Below are positions 47,553 through 57,666 of a DNA stretch of 64,000 nucleotides, in pieces (positions within the stretch are counted from its first letter, which is position 1; each line of letters starts with the position of its first letter). The notes under the pieces are model-generated. The model ran no database searches, was not told the origin of the DNA, and saw only the letters and a program-made list of their open reading frames with translations. Source of the DNA: a virus; the IMG/VR virus record IMGVR_UViG_3300020469_000011, positions 32,001-96,000 of that record; one strand, 5' to 3'. Made by a program: the position numbers and the translations under genes.

Positions 47553-50546
47553 TTAAATTTCTTCATATTCAACTAATCGTATGAAATAACTATCTAATAG
47601 TTGAGGTGGTGAATTTAATGGTGTTTTTAAACTTAATATAAATGTCCCATCACTTGTTGTTCCAATATTAGGATCAAAATCTAAAACATTTGTAGATGAA
47701 TTTATACTGATATTAAGAGCAGTAGTTCCTAATTTAAAATCAAGCTTAGATGCAAATGCGTTATAATTAAATTGATAAGATGATGCTGATACTCCTTTAG
47801 AAGCAAAGTAAGTGCTTCTAGTTATATTTGCATTATTATACTCATTTAAACTATTTGCAGTAGTTGTTCCATCCATATAAACAGTTTGGAAATATTTCAT
47901 CCAATAATCTACAACATCACCATTAGAGGCAAATAATGTATTTTCTGTATCTTTATCATACTTATTAAAAAATAAGTGTGCGTTAGAGTATCCCTTTCTA
48001 CCTTTTTTAAGTACTTTAAATCTATACGGACTGACAACTTCTTGAACTAACATATCTAAACCACATGTGTTATAATCAATAGAGTTTAAATTTGCTGGAT
48101 CATCAGAAGGATTTACTAAAGTACCATATGGGTCATCTGTTGGAAGAGGTGAATTTTTTACCTTTCTTATTTTTAATATGTCACCGTCTCCAAATCCGTG
48201 AGAAATTGGATTACTATTTTTAATTGTTTCTAATACAATATAAGGATCTTCACCATCTGTAAAATATAAACTACCAATTCTAGATTGATTAAGTTGATCT
48301 TTTAGTGTATCTCTAACATCAGGTTTTTTGTCATAAATTGGTGTTCCTAAAGGTTTTGTAAACGTATTGTAATTATAAACATCTAGAAAAGATTCTAAAG
48401 CGGCGGTTACATTAGCAGTATCCTTAATTGTTTTTGTTACATCTGGTATTTTAGTAAAATCAGCATTACTATTACGATAAAGTATTACTTTTTCTGTATT
48501 CGCTCTAGGAACATGAAATACTATACTATTACCTCCAGAATCAGCGCCTGTTGCCGAACCTTTTAATAAGAAGCTACCGGCTCCCTCTACATCAAAACCA
48601 CTATTTAATAAGTCAGGTGATTCTGAATTTGACATAATATTAAATCCAAGACGGTTTATTTTTCCTACATAAGATTGATTTTCAGAATATGCAGGCGTTA
48701 CTTCTATCTGAGTATTACTTGTTACTTCTCTGATTTTATGATACATTTTAAAGCTTTGTGATTTTGCACCTTGCAAGCTTTCTAATGCTCTAGTTATCTT
48801 TGCTCCTCTTGTAAGTGTACCATTAGAAAATCCATTATCTAAATTAGCTTGATCTTTCGGAACTATAACATCATTGGCATCAAGAACAATATATGCACCT
48901 TCTAATCTGTTTTCACGTATATTTCCAAAACGATATTTGAAAGTTCTTCCGCCACCATATTCTTGTATTGTAACTAAATCTCCAACTTCAAAATATCTAT
49001 TTGCTTGATAATTTTGATTTGTAAATTCAATTGTTCCTAAAAGCCTGTTTACTGGTGATGGAATTAAATTTACGCTTTCATTCACTGTAGAAAATAAATC
49101 AGTTGTTACTTCTTTAGATTTCACTTGCAGTGTGCCATCTGTAGTAAACTTAGCATCGTATAGTAAACTTAATCCTAAAACACTTTCTTGTTGAAGTATG
49201 CTTTTATTATTGGTATCAAGAAATGTTTCCATATTTGTTAATTTGTATTCTACACCACTTATTTCTATTTTAGTATTATCTTTGTATATTGTTGGGAAGT
49301 GTTGTCCTCTATAATAAATAGTATTGTCTCCTGTACTAAAGAAACTGCCACCAATGCGTCTTTCTGGAAAACTTAGTTCTATGATATCATCTACAGTTAA
49401 TTCTTCTGTGAAACGTGTTTCCGTACCTTTGATGGGGTCACGTACAATAAGTCCTGTTCCTGCATAATTTAAATCAATTGTATTTGCTGCACCTGTAAAA
49501 TCTCCTGTGTCTGGATTGAACACCAAATCTAAAACAACATCTAAATCAGGTACTATAACTTGATCTCCATCATTAAGAATAGTACCATCTGTAGTAGTAA
49601 CAATCGGTTTACCTCCACCAATAGGAGTTGTTATTAAGAAAGTTCCCTCATCTCCAGGATCCATTTCAATAGTTCCTGTAAGTTCAAATTTATTTTGTAA
49701 GACTAATTCTTCAGTTTCTATTGGAGAACCATCAAATACCATTCTTAGTGGTATTGGTTCAGGACTCACTAATTTACTAAAGGGAAATCCTCCATTGGGA
49801 GTAATATGTGGAAATTGATTATCGCTAAGAGATATCAATGTATTTAAATCGGCTCCTTCAGAACCTGCAGTTATATTTTCATTTATAGTTGTTACACAAT
49901 TAGCTTGATCTGGAATTCCATTTAATATTCCACAATGCATATATGGCAACCAAGGATATTCACTATCATAGCCAGATTCTCTATATTTTGGAATGTAAGC
50001 AGATAGAGGTAAAATTCTAGAATAAACTCCATTTGCTACATTATCTATATAAGTATTACTAGAACCTTTTGTTTCTATAAAAGTATTACCTTGTGAATCA
50101 ATACATTGTAGTATTATACTTTCACAACTATTTCCCATATCAGTAGTTTCATCACTATCTGTATAGAAGCGGAACGCTAATGCAGAAAATCTACCTCCAC
50201 CAATCCAATTTTGTTGTTCGGCTGTTGTTGGTTGATTTTGATCTTGAAAAGGTAATGCACCTAACATGTTAAAACGATGAATATATCTATCAATATCACT
50301 ATCGGTATTAACTGTTTTTTCACTAAAATCCAACCCTCTTAATTGTGCTCTTCTTAATCCAAGAGCAGTACAAACTCTTATGATTTCAGATACTTCAATA
50401 AAATTAAGAGACTGCATTTCCTGAACCATAAAGTTTGCATTATCAATTATTCTTTTTCTTAATTGCTGAACAGCAGCTGGAACTGTTTGTAATCTCAATG
50501 ATATGGCTTTTCTTTTCTGTAGTTTAGAAGCATCTCTTGTTGACAT
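47553..50546 (-). CDS. hypothetical structural protein
   Basis: 997-aa beta-rich ORF. Confidence 0.7.
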   Translation of the reverse strand: MSTRDASKLQKRKAISLRLQTVPAAVQQLRKRIIDNANFMVQEMQSLNFIEVSEIIRVCTALGLRRAQLRGLDFSEKTVNTDSDIDRYIHRFNMLGALPFQDQNQPTTAEQQNWIGGGRFSALAFRFYTDSDETTDMGNSCESIILQCIDSQGNTFIETKGSSNTYIDNVANGVYSRILPLSAYIPKYRESGYDSEYPWLPYMHCGILNGIPDQANCVTTINENITAGSEGADLNTLISLSDNQFPHITPNGGFPFSKLVSPEPIPLRMVFDGSPIETEELVLQNKFELTGTIEMDPGDEGTFLITTPIGGGKPIVTTTDGTILNDGDQVIVPDLDVVLDLVFNPDTGDFTGAANTIDLNYAGTGLIVRDPIKGTETRFTEELTVDDIIELSFPERRIGGSFFSTGDNTIYYRGQHFPTIYKDNTKIEISGVEYKLTNMETFLDTNNKSILQQESVLGLSLLYDAKFTTDGTLQVKSKEVTTDLFSTVNESVNLIPSPVNRLLGTIEFTNQNYQANRYFEVGDLVTIQEYGGGRTFKYRFGNIRENRLEGAYIVLDANDVIVPKDQANLDNGFSNGTLTRGAKITRALESLQGAKSQSFKMYHKIREVTSNTQIEVTPAYSENQSYVGKINRLGFNIMSNSESPDLLNSGFDVEGAGSFLLKGSATGADSGGNSIVFHVPRANTEKVILYRNSNADFTKIPDVTKTIKDTANVTAALESFLDVYNYNTFTKPLGTPIYDKKPDVRDTLKDQLNQSRIGSLYFTDGEDPYIVLETIKNSNPISHGFGDGDILKIRKVKNSPLPTDDPYGTLVNPSDDPANLNSIDYNTCGLDMLVQEVVSPYRFKVLKKGRKGYSNAHLFFNKYDKDTENTLFASNGDVVDYWMKYFQTVYMDGTTTANSLNEYNNANITRSTYFASKGVSASSYQFNYNAFASKLDFKLGTTALNISINSSTNVLDFDPNIGTTSDGTFILSLKTPLNSPPQLLDSYFIRLVEYEEI

Positions 50547-50560
50547 AAAAAATAATCCTA

Positions 50561-51034
50561 TTATGTAAATGGTCCAATAATTGTAGCGCCTGCTGCTTTT
50601 GGATCAGAAACTGTTATCTGTATTGCTCTACAAGTTTTATCAATTGCAGTTGCCAATCCTATCGCAAATATGTCTGAACTAGGATTAGGAACTCGGCAAA
50701 TTTTTAAAATGTCAGGTAACATCAATCCTTTTGGAAATACTACTGGTCCAATCTGACCCGCAGTTTGTATTGTTGCTAGACCAGATTCAATTGCTGTAGT
50801 TAAATTACTAGCAAAAACACTTGATTCAAAATTAAAAACATTTCTAAAAACACCTAATAGTTGAGCAGTTGGTGGAATCCATCCTGTAAAAGGTCCAGGT
50901 ATTATATTTAACCCTGTAGACAAATAAAGTTGAATTCCTTGTATAATTTCTGGTACTATAATAGAAGATTCAGGATTAAACTTTCTAAAACTACTTGTAA
51001 AACTAGATATCAATGTTGTTGGTTGAAGAGCCAT
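50561..51034 (-). CDS. hypothetical protein downstream of spike
   Basis: 157-aa ORF with internal duplication. Confidence 0.65.
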   Translation of the reverse strand: MALQPTTLISSFTSSFRKFNPESSIIVPEIIQGIQLYLSTGLNIIPGPFTGWIPPTAQLLGVFRNVFNFESSVFASNLTTAIESGLATIQTAGQIGPVVFPKGLMLPDILKICRVPNPSSDIFAIGLATAIDKTCRAIQITVSDPKAAGATIIGPFT

Positions 51035-51042
51035 AATATAAT

Positions 51043-53136
51043 TTAAAATACAAAAGTTTTTTTACAATAAGCATTTGCAATTGCATTTGATATAGTAGGG
51101 TCCGCTAAATTTACAGGTGACGTTGGTCCTACTGCTGTTAAATGTGTGTGCATATTAAATGCTTGCATGAACGAACTACCTTTTATTGCTGGTTCAACAG
51201 CACTTCTATCTCCTAAACGAACAGCAGTATCACTATGTACCATAGTTTCAAGTTTAGAACTAGTAGATATGAATGATTTTGCTCTTGCAAAAATTTCTTG
51301 ATCTGATAGTATATAAGTACCAATTCTGGAGCGAGTGACTATTCCTTGTCCAGATTCTATATGTGTATTTAATCTAGATTTGGTAGATATATTTGTAGCA
51401 GTAGAAACTACATCAACTGATCCACCTTTAACATTTACACTTCCTAATTGTGTTGTAACTAACTTTACAGAATTTTTAGCAGTTGTTTCTAATACAATAT
51501 TTCCTCTTGAAGACCTAAAATAAATATAGCCTGTTTGAGTTTGTCCAATTATACTAGCCGGATGTGATTGATGCCTTTCAAATTCTGGTGCATATTGAAA
51601 TTGAGCAGTAGTTGCAATGGAAGTGGGGTTAGCAGAAGTAACAGTAAATGATGCTAAATCTGATACTCTAAACGGACCTGGTAATCCATCAAAAGATCTG
51701 GCTGAAATTCTAGTGTCTCCATCTTGAGCATTTAATTCAATGTGACCGTGTTTAGCTTTAACTTCAACTCCTAGTGGGTGAGGAGCATACATTGTTGGCA
51801 TTGTAAAATCATTCTCAGCAATCATAGATATCTGATGATTTGAGCCAATTGTAAAGTTATCGCCGGCATGAAAATTAGTTTCCATTGCCGAACTGATTTT
51901 AGAACTACCAGTAGATAATTCGTATAGTCCTGCTACTTTACCTATATGAGAATTTCTTACTACATAATTGTGAGTACCTACTACTGTATCTAGAAGTTGA
52001 GTATCTTGCAATATTTCATTTGAAGCCACATATCTTAATGAAGACGCATTGAAAGTAGTTCTTCCTGTGGGAGTTTTTATATTAAAATTACCACCTTCAA
52101 CAGTCAGATTATAATCACTTGTACCACATACCCTAACAGTATAATGTTCTGCAGCTAAATTTGCAGCATTAATCATAAGTGCATAACCTTGATTATAAGT
52201 AGAATATTTTCTACCTTTGGTATATTCATAGCTATGATGTTCTGTTAGATCGTATCTCTCATTTACTGTTTTTTGTACTAGTTTACCATCAGGATGTATT
52301 TCTCTAAATGTACCTGAACGATGATATTCATGTATTCTTTCTCCTCTTGGTGTATCATCATATTCTATTATATGACCAGATTCAGTTTCCCATACGTGAT
52401 TAAAGGGATACATTGCAGAATATGGAGACGTAGGCTGATTAAATTTTATTCCTTCTAAAGAAGTTTTCACACCTCTATTTTCTAATTTTATTTTAGAAAG
52501 TAATGGTTCTTTATAAACTCTGGGTGATGTTTCCATTGTAGAGCAAGTTGAAATATCTTTATTAAATGCTATACTAAGGTCAAGCATACCTCTTGCAAGT
52601 TTAGGAGTTGTTGCCTTTCCTTCTCCTTCTATTCTTGGATATCGTTCTACATATTCATCATTATCTATTTCTACACCCAAAGCATTATCCATTCTTTTTC
52701 TTACTTGTGTAGGAGGATTCGGAAATCCTCTACTACTTAACATACTGTCAGGTCTAACATCTTTAAAACCATAAAGATTATAATCTTCAGAATCCTCAAA
52801 ATTTAATTTATCTGGTTTATTAGCATATCCACCAATAGAACCCATTATTAAAGGTTGTTGCGCTTCATCACCATCTAAAAAAATACCAATAACCCAAGAA
52901 CCTTCAACTAGTCCTGTTGGACTTTTTCCAACATCTGTCTGTGCTGCTGAAGTTGTGGGTTGCATTACCATTGCCCAAGGAAGGTCTTCTGTTGGTATGT
53001 CTATGGTACTTGCAGTGTGATAACCAAAACATCTTACTTTAACTCTACCTAGAAAATTTGGGTCCATACGATCTTCTACTACACCTACGAACCATACTAA
53101 ATTTTTTCCAAAATTAATATTGTTTAAATCAAACAT
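51043..53136 (-). CDS. gp5: baseplate central spike gp5 (OB fold + beta-helix, no lysozyme domain seen)
   Basis: WFVGVVEDRMDP..LGRVKVRCFGYH, LPWA, YPFNHVWETESGHIIEYDDTP..ERIHEYHRSGTF; C-terminal HTH. Confidence 0.92.
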   Translation of the reverse strand: MFDLNNINFGKNLVWFVGVVEDRMDPNFLGRVKVRCFGYHTASTIDIPTEDLPWAMVMQPTTSAAQTDVGKSPTGLVEGSWVIGIFLDGDEAQQPLIMGSIGGYANKPDKLNFEDSEDYNLYGFKDVRPDSMLSSRGFPNPPTQVRKRMDNALGVEIDNDEYVERYPRIEGEGKATTPKLARGMLDLSIAFNKDISTCSTMETSPRVYKEPLLSKIKLENRGVKTSLEGIKFNQPTSPYSAMYPFNHVWETESGHIIEYDDTPRGERIHEYHRSGTFREIHPDGKLVQKTVNERYDLTEHHSYEYTKGRKYSTYNQGYALMINAANLAAEHYTVRVCGTSDYNLTVEGGNFNIKTPTGRTTFNASSLRYVASNEILQDTQLLDTVVGTHNYVVRNSHIGKVAGLYELSTGSSKISSAMETNFHAGDNFTIGSNHQISMIAENDFTMPTMYAPHPLGVEVKAKHGHIELNAQDGDTRISARSFDGLPGPFRVSDLASFTVTSANPTSIATTAQFQYAPEFERHQSHPASIIGQTQTGYIYFRSSRGNIVLETTAKNSVKLVTTQLGSVNVKGGSVDVVSTATNISTKSRLNTHIESGQGIVTRSRIGTYILSDQEIFARAKSFISTSSKLETMVHSDTAVRLGDRSAVEPAIKGSSFMQAFNMHTHLTAVGPTSPVNLADPTISNAIANAYCKKTFVF

Positions 53137-54677
53137 TATTCACCACCCGTAAAAAGTTGAAGTCTTTGTTTTCTTTTTTCCTCATTAACAATTTTCTGTA
53201 TTTCTGCTGAAAGTAAAGAAGTATCTGCCAATTCTCTATCTGCTTCCAAGACTATATCTTCTGATTCTGTCTTTACTGATATATCTGTTTGCTTAAATTC
53301 TTTATCTGTTCTATAGCCTTCTGATATTGTATCAGTAATCATTTCTATTAACAGTTTGTATTTTTCAGACTTGTCTATAGAATGATGAATTCTTGTAACT
53401 AGATATTTTCCAGTTAAATAGATATCTTCTTTATCTTCTTCTCCTTCTGGCACATAAAAATAAACTATATCACCTACATTAATATTGCCTGAACTGTCTC
53501 CTGGCATTTCAATTTGAATAACTAAAGAATCTATTTGAGACTGTATGCTCATTCGTCTTTGATACATTTCAGGACGATGCTCTGAAAAATTCTGAGATTC
53601 ATAATCGCCTGACTGAAATAAAACAACTTCATTTACAGTTAAAGGTTTTTCTCCTACTGAACTATTGTGTAAAAAATCTGTATAATCTGTTGATAATAAA
53701 GATTTTCCATCATTAACATGATACTGTTTTTTTGCATCTTCTTGATAATAATATCTTTTATTTTTTACATTTCTTTTTTCTAAATCTATGAAATCTACGT
53801 TAGAAGAATACATTCCTCTTGACATATTTTTAAAAATATCAAAACGATTTACAATTTTATAATCATATATAATATTCCATATAGTCAGTTTGTTTTTTGT
53901 TAATATATCTTTGGGAATATATACTAAGGTTTTTACTCTATTATCATCTCTTTTTCTTTTAAAAATATCTTCTAAACTGACAAAACGAAAACGATTTATA
54001 TCTTGAAAGAAAAAGAATAATGAACCTGTTTTAGAAACAGACCTTTTACATAATTTATTAATTGTTCTAAAGGGAGTTAAACTTGGTACAACATATTTTT
54101 CAACGTGACCTGATTCAGTTTCTATTGTAAAATAATTAACACTAGCATTTTTTTCTTTTATAATATACTCATTAGTTTCTTTTATACTTACTGTGCTTTC
54201 ATCAACTAGATTCAAATAATTTTTACATATATCAGAAACCATTGCTGATAAAGAACCTCTATGATAAGACCTTGATATTTTTTGTTTTTCGTTTACTATA
54301 GCAACATCAGATGTTAAAAATAAAGTATATAAATTGGTATTTGTGTTTACTCTTTCTATTTCTGAAATTCCTGTTACTCTCATTCTTACCAAAATAGCTA
54401 TTTTAGTATTCATTGAACGAAAACATATCTGAACATATTCTTCACCAATAATAGGAACTTCTGATAATAAATTAGTAGAATCCAATATACCTACTTTTCC
54501 ACTCAAACAATTTGAGTAAATATCCTCATAGATACTAAAATTAGTGTAAACAAGATCTAAGATATATTGTTTTTTAGAAGGTGCAGATCTTTCTAACCAT
54601 AAACTAATAAGTTCATAGTCTCCTATTTCACTTGGAAAAAAGTCTGTTTTTACAGTTCTATCAAAAATAGTTCTCAT
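53136..54677 (-). CDS. baseplate hub protein (gp27-like position)
   Basis: IYEDIYSNCLSG...NLLSEVPIIGEE, FFFFQD, GDIV, LTGKYLVTRIHH. Confidence 0.7.
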   Translation of the reverse strand: MRTIFDRTVKTDFFPSEIGDYELISLWLERSAPSKKQYILDLVYTNFSIYEDIYSNCLSGKVGILDSTNLLSEVPIIGEEYVQICFRSMNTKIAILVRMRVTGISEIERVNTNTNLYTLFLTSDVAIVNEKQKISRSYHRGSLSAMVSDICKNYLNLVDESTVSIKETNEYIIKEKNASVNYFTIETESGHVEKYVVPSLTPFRTINKLCKRSVSKTGSLFFFFQDINRFRFVSLEDIFKRKRDDNRVKTLVYIPKDILTKNKLTIWNIIYDYKIVNRFDIFKNMSRGMYSSNVDFIDLEKRNVKNKRYYYQEDAKKQYHVNDGKSLLSTDYTDFLHNSSVGEKPLTVNEVVLFQSGDYESQNFSEHRPEMYQRRMSIQSQIDSLVIQIEMPGDSSGNINVGDIVYFYVPEGEEDKEDIYLTGKYLVTRIHHSIDKSEKYKLLIEMITDTISEGYRTDKEFKQTDISVKTESEDIVLEADRELADTSLLSAEIQKIVNEEKRKQRLQLFTGGE

Positions 54678-55180
54678 GAATTTATTATCACTGGTAAATC
54701 AGATTGAATTACGTTTATAATTGAAGGGTCAAAAACTCTAATTGTTTTCTTAGCTTCGTTTTCTTTTACAATTTTATCAAAAGCTGTCAAAGTTTTTGTT
54801 ATACCCAAAGATGTTTTTCCAACTTCATACCCGTTAGCATCATAGTAAGCAACAATTTCTCTGTTTGCTTTTTCTATAGAACCATATTTTTTAGTTATAA
54901 ATTTATCTAAATTTATTTGTGAAAGAACCCAATCTTGATAAACACTGTAAACATCATTTAACAAAAGTATTGTCCATGTATAATCATAAGTATCATACAA
55001 TTCAAAAGAGATTTCTTCTGGTCTTTTTTCGTTTTCAATTTCATAATTAATAATAACTAAAGAGTCTTGATTTTTTTTAACATAATCTAATAATTTAACT
55101 CTAACTGAAATGTCAACCATATTAACTGATTGACCATCTATCGCATAACGTGTTTTTGGAAATTCTTGAAAAAAATACAT
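54674..55180 (-). CDS. gp53: baseplate wedge subunit gp53
   Basis: YFFQEFPKTRY, RPEEISFELYDTYDYTWTILLLND, KKYGS, ENEAKKTI. Confidence 0.88.
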   Translation of the reverse strand: MYFFQEFPKTRYAIDGQSVNMVDISVRVKLLDYVKKNQDSLVIINYEIENEKRPEEISFELYDTYDYTWTILLLNDVYSVYQDWVLSQINLDKFITKKYGSIEKANREIVAYYDANGYEVGKTSLGITKTLTAFDKIVKENEAKKTIRVFDPSIINVIQSDLPVIINS

Positions 55181-55196
55181 TTAATTTTATAGATTG

Positions 55197-56114
55197 TTAA
55201 TTAGTAGAAATATTGTGTACTCTGTCTACATCACCTCTTGTAAACACTTTAGTTTCTTGTAATGTTAATCCTATAGAAGTAGAAACATAAAATTTTTCAC
55301 CGTCTTCTTCAAAGAATGTCATTTCATTTTGGTCTGTAACATCGTTATGAGATACATCCACTTTTGTTATTACAGAAGGTAATAACTTAAATTTATTAAA
55401 AGGTTTATTATCAACATATATTTCTAACAACATGTTACTAGGATATTTATAATGATTATTATAATTTACAGTAGCTTTTTTACCTGGATCAGTAGTAGAT
55501 GGAAGAGCATTTTTTAAAAACACCTTTTCCATTTTTTTAATATTTTTAGCTTCTTCTTTATTTTTAGGATATAAATTCCAAGTAAAAATAAAAAATCTAT
55601 AATTTTGCGAATCTCCCTGATAAAAAACTCTAGTATGTGGATTATACGCTACACCTTCAGCAAAAGCACCTGCTCTAATTGGAGCAGCATCTGTTCTTAA
55701 CACTGCTGAAGTAACAAAAGCTTTTGCTACTTCAGTACCTTTGCTCTTATTTACTGTTTCTTGAAGTGTTTTTTTAATACCACCAGTAGTCTGGCCAAAC
55801 TCTCTCACATTAGCATATATGACGTTTCCTAATACACCTATATCTTCCGGACTATAACTTGCACTAATAGTTTCATACATTAATCTTGGAGGTATAGGTA
55901 GATATAAAATAGGATATATTATTTCTTGTATTTTATTTAAAATTCTAGAATTTGCACTAGCTCTATGTTTGACAAATGTTATCTTTACATAATTCTTTTG
56001 ATATGTTTCTCCAGTTTTTCCTATTCTTACACTAGATGCAATTTCTTGTGAAGCCGACTCAGTGTTTGTGACAAAAAGATCATTGGGATATTTAATAAAT
56101 TTTTCTTCAGCCAT
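55197..56114 (-). CDS. baseplate tail-tube cap/initiator (gp48/gp54-like)
   Basis: LYLPIP, NPHTRVFYQG...RFFIFTWNLYPKNKEEA, LTLQETK; likely start 56114. Confidence 0.7.
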   Translation of the reverse strand: MAEEKFIKYPNDLFVTNTESASQEIASSVRIGKTGETYQKNYVKITFVKHRASANSRILNKIQEIIYPILYLPIPPRLMYETISASYSPEDIGVLGNVIYANVREFGQTTGGIKKTLQETVNKSKGTEVAKAFVTSAVLRTDAAPIRAGAFAEGVAYNPHTRVFYQGDSQNYRFFIFTWNLYPKNKEEAKNIKKMEKVFLKNALPSTTDPGKKATVNYNNHYKYPSNMLLEIYVDNKPFNKFKLLPSVITKVDVSHNDVTDQNEMTFFEEDGEKFYVSTSIGLTLQETKVFTRGDVDRVHNISTN

Positions 56115-57132
56115 TGTGTGCCTGTAAATTTTCTGCATCGTCTGCAGTGTATATTTTTGTTTCCATTATGATAAGATTTATTTCATATGTTTGATGGTAA
56201 TATCCTTTTTCACCTTTTATAAATGATTCAACATCACCGCTTGACCCATAAAAAGTATTCAAATCTCTTACTACAAATGTATATGGAAAATTCATAAAGT
56301 ATCCAATTTTATCTTTTCCTTCTTCTATTTCAGAATTTCCTTTTATTCTTTCACAAATAGTTAATTTAATTTCATTTGGTATTTTAAATACTGAGCTAAA
56401 CCATTGACCCTGATTATCTTCAAAAAAAGTTTTATCAGTATATTTTTCTGTAACATCACCAAATATAGTGTTAGCAAAACCTAAATAATTAGTAGTGGCA
56501 TTAAATGCTCTTAAAGACTCTCTTCCTGCAGTATTAAGTACTGAGAAACTAGTATCCGATAGACTAGGTAATGATGATTTCTGTATTGCTTTTATTATTT
56601 TTTCTAGTTCTATAGCATCTTCTTCATTTTTAGGAGTTATCTTCCAATCTAAAGTAAATTCTCTTACCCTACTCACACCATCAAATAATAAAGTAAAATT
56701 CGGTGCTCTTGTTAGACCTAATCCTTGAGCACCTAACTTAAAGAATTTATTATCTGTCATCATGATTTCTTTTGACAAATAAGTATCAAAAGCGTTGTAT
56801 GCAGTTGTTGCTAAAGAACCAAGAGTATCCAAAGTAGAAGGTCCTGATGAACCAGAAGGACCTTCTGATGCTAAATTTTTTTTTCCACTCAAAACATTAC
56901 TTAGCGCATTTCTTACACCTTCATACTTATCTTTAACAAGTTCTCCAATAACCCCGAGTTCTCTCTGAGAATAATCTAATTGAAAATCTTCCCTTAATAA
57001 TCCTTTTGGCAATGGCAAATAAATAGTAGAAACAGATTTTTCTTTATCAACGGAAGATTCTATGATCTCTATTTTAAGAAAAAATCTCTGAAAATTCTCT
57101 ACATTTTTTGGAAAAAATATTTCTTCTGACAC
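56107..57132 (-). CDS. baseplate tail-tube cap (gp48-like)
   Basis: IYLPLP, PNFTLLFDGVSRVREFTLDWKITPKNEEDA. Confidence 0.7.
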   Translation of the reverse strand: MSEEIFFPKNVENFQRFFLKIEIIESSVDKEKSVSTIYLPLPKGLLREDFQLDYSQRELGVIGELVKDKYEGVRNALSNVLSGKKNLASEGPSGSSGPSTLDTLGSLATTAYNAFDTYLSKEIMMTDNKFFKLGAQGLGLTRAPNFTLLFDGVSRVREFTLDWKITPKNEEDAIELEKIIKAIQKSSLPSLSDTSFSVLNTAGRESLRAFNATTNYLGFANTIFGDVTEKYTDKTFFEDNQGQWFSSVFKIPNEIKLTICERIKGNSEIEEGKDKIGYFMNFPYTFVVRDLNTFYGSSGDVESFIKGEKGYYHQTYEINLIIMETKIYTADDAENLQAHNG

Positions 57133-57143
57133 TCTATATACCT

Positions 57144-57581
57144 ATGAGAAAAAGCCGAAATTACAGACAGGGTAGATTTAAACCTAAGAATATAGCAAAA
57201 TATAAAGGAAACTCCGGTAATGTTATTTATCGTAGTTCTTGGGAAAAAAGAATAATGGCCTTCTTTGATGAATCCGCAAATGTAAAATGGTGGAACTCTG
57301 AAGGCTTAATAGTTCCATACTTTAATCCTATTGATAAAAAGATGCATTCTTATTTTCCAGATTTTGTTTTCATGAATAAAAATAACAAAGTATACATGAT
57401 AGAAGTAAAGCCTTACAAAGAAACATTACCACCTGTAAAGAAAGGTAGAAACTATAGGTCAGCAGCAATTACTTATGTTATCAATCAATCAAAATGGAAA
57501 CAAGCAATTGAATTTTGTGAAAAGCAAAATTGGCAATTTGTAGTTTGGACAGAAAAAGAAATGAAAAAAATGGGAATCTAG
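57144..57581 (+). CDS. gp4: head completion nuclease (T4 gp4-like, TnsA fold)
   Basis: QGRFKPKNIAKYKG, YRSSWE, WNSE, YFPDF, IEVKP, NQSKWKQA. Confidence 0.92.
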   Translation: MRKSRNYRQGRFKPKNIAKYKGNSGNVIYRSSWEKRIMAFFDESANVKWWNSEGLIVPYFNPIDKKMHSYFPDFVFMNKNNKVYMIEVKPYKETLPPVKKGRNYRSAAITYVINQSKWKQAIEFCEKQNWQFVVWTEKEMKKMGI

Positions 57582-57603
57582 TGAAGAAAACTTAATATAA
57601 TAC

Positions 57604-57632
57604 TTGACTTTTACTTAATTCTGTGTTACAAT
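57604..57632 (+). promoter_or_regulatory. sigma70-type promoter
   Basis: TTGACT-17 bp-TACAAT with TG extension. Confidence 0.7.
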
Positions 57633-57666
57633 AGGTTTTATTAATAAATCTGTAACATGGAGTGAT

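Noticed and set aside
57144-57581. TnsA-like nuclease as transposon or homing endonuclease
   Set aside because: Matches T4 gp4 head-completion protein in its usual position divergent from baseplate genes; no transposon ends
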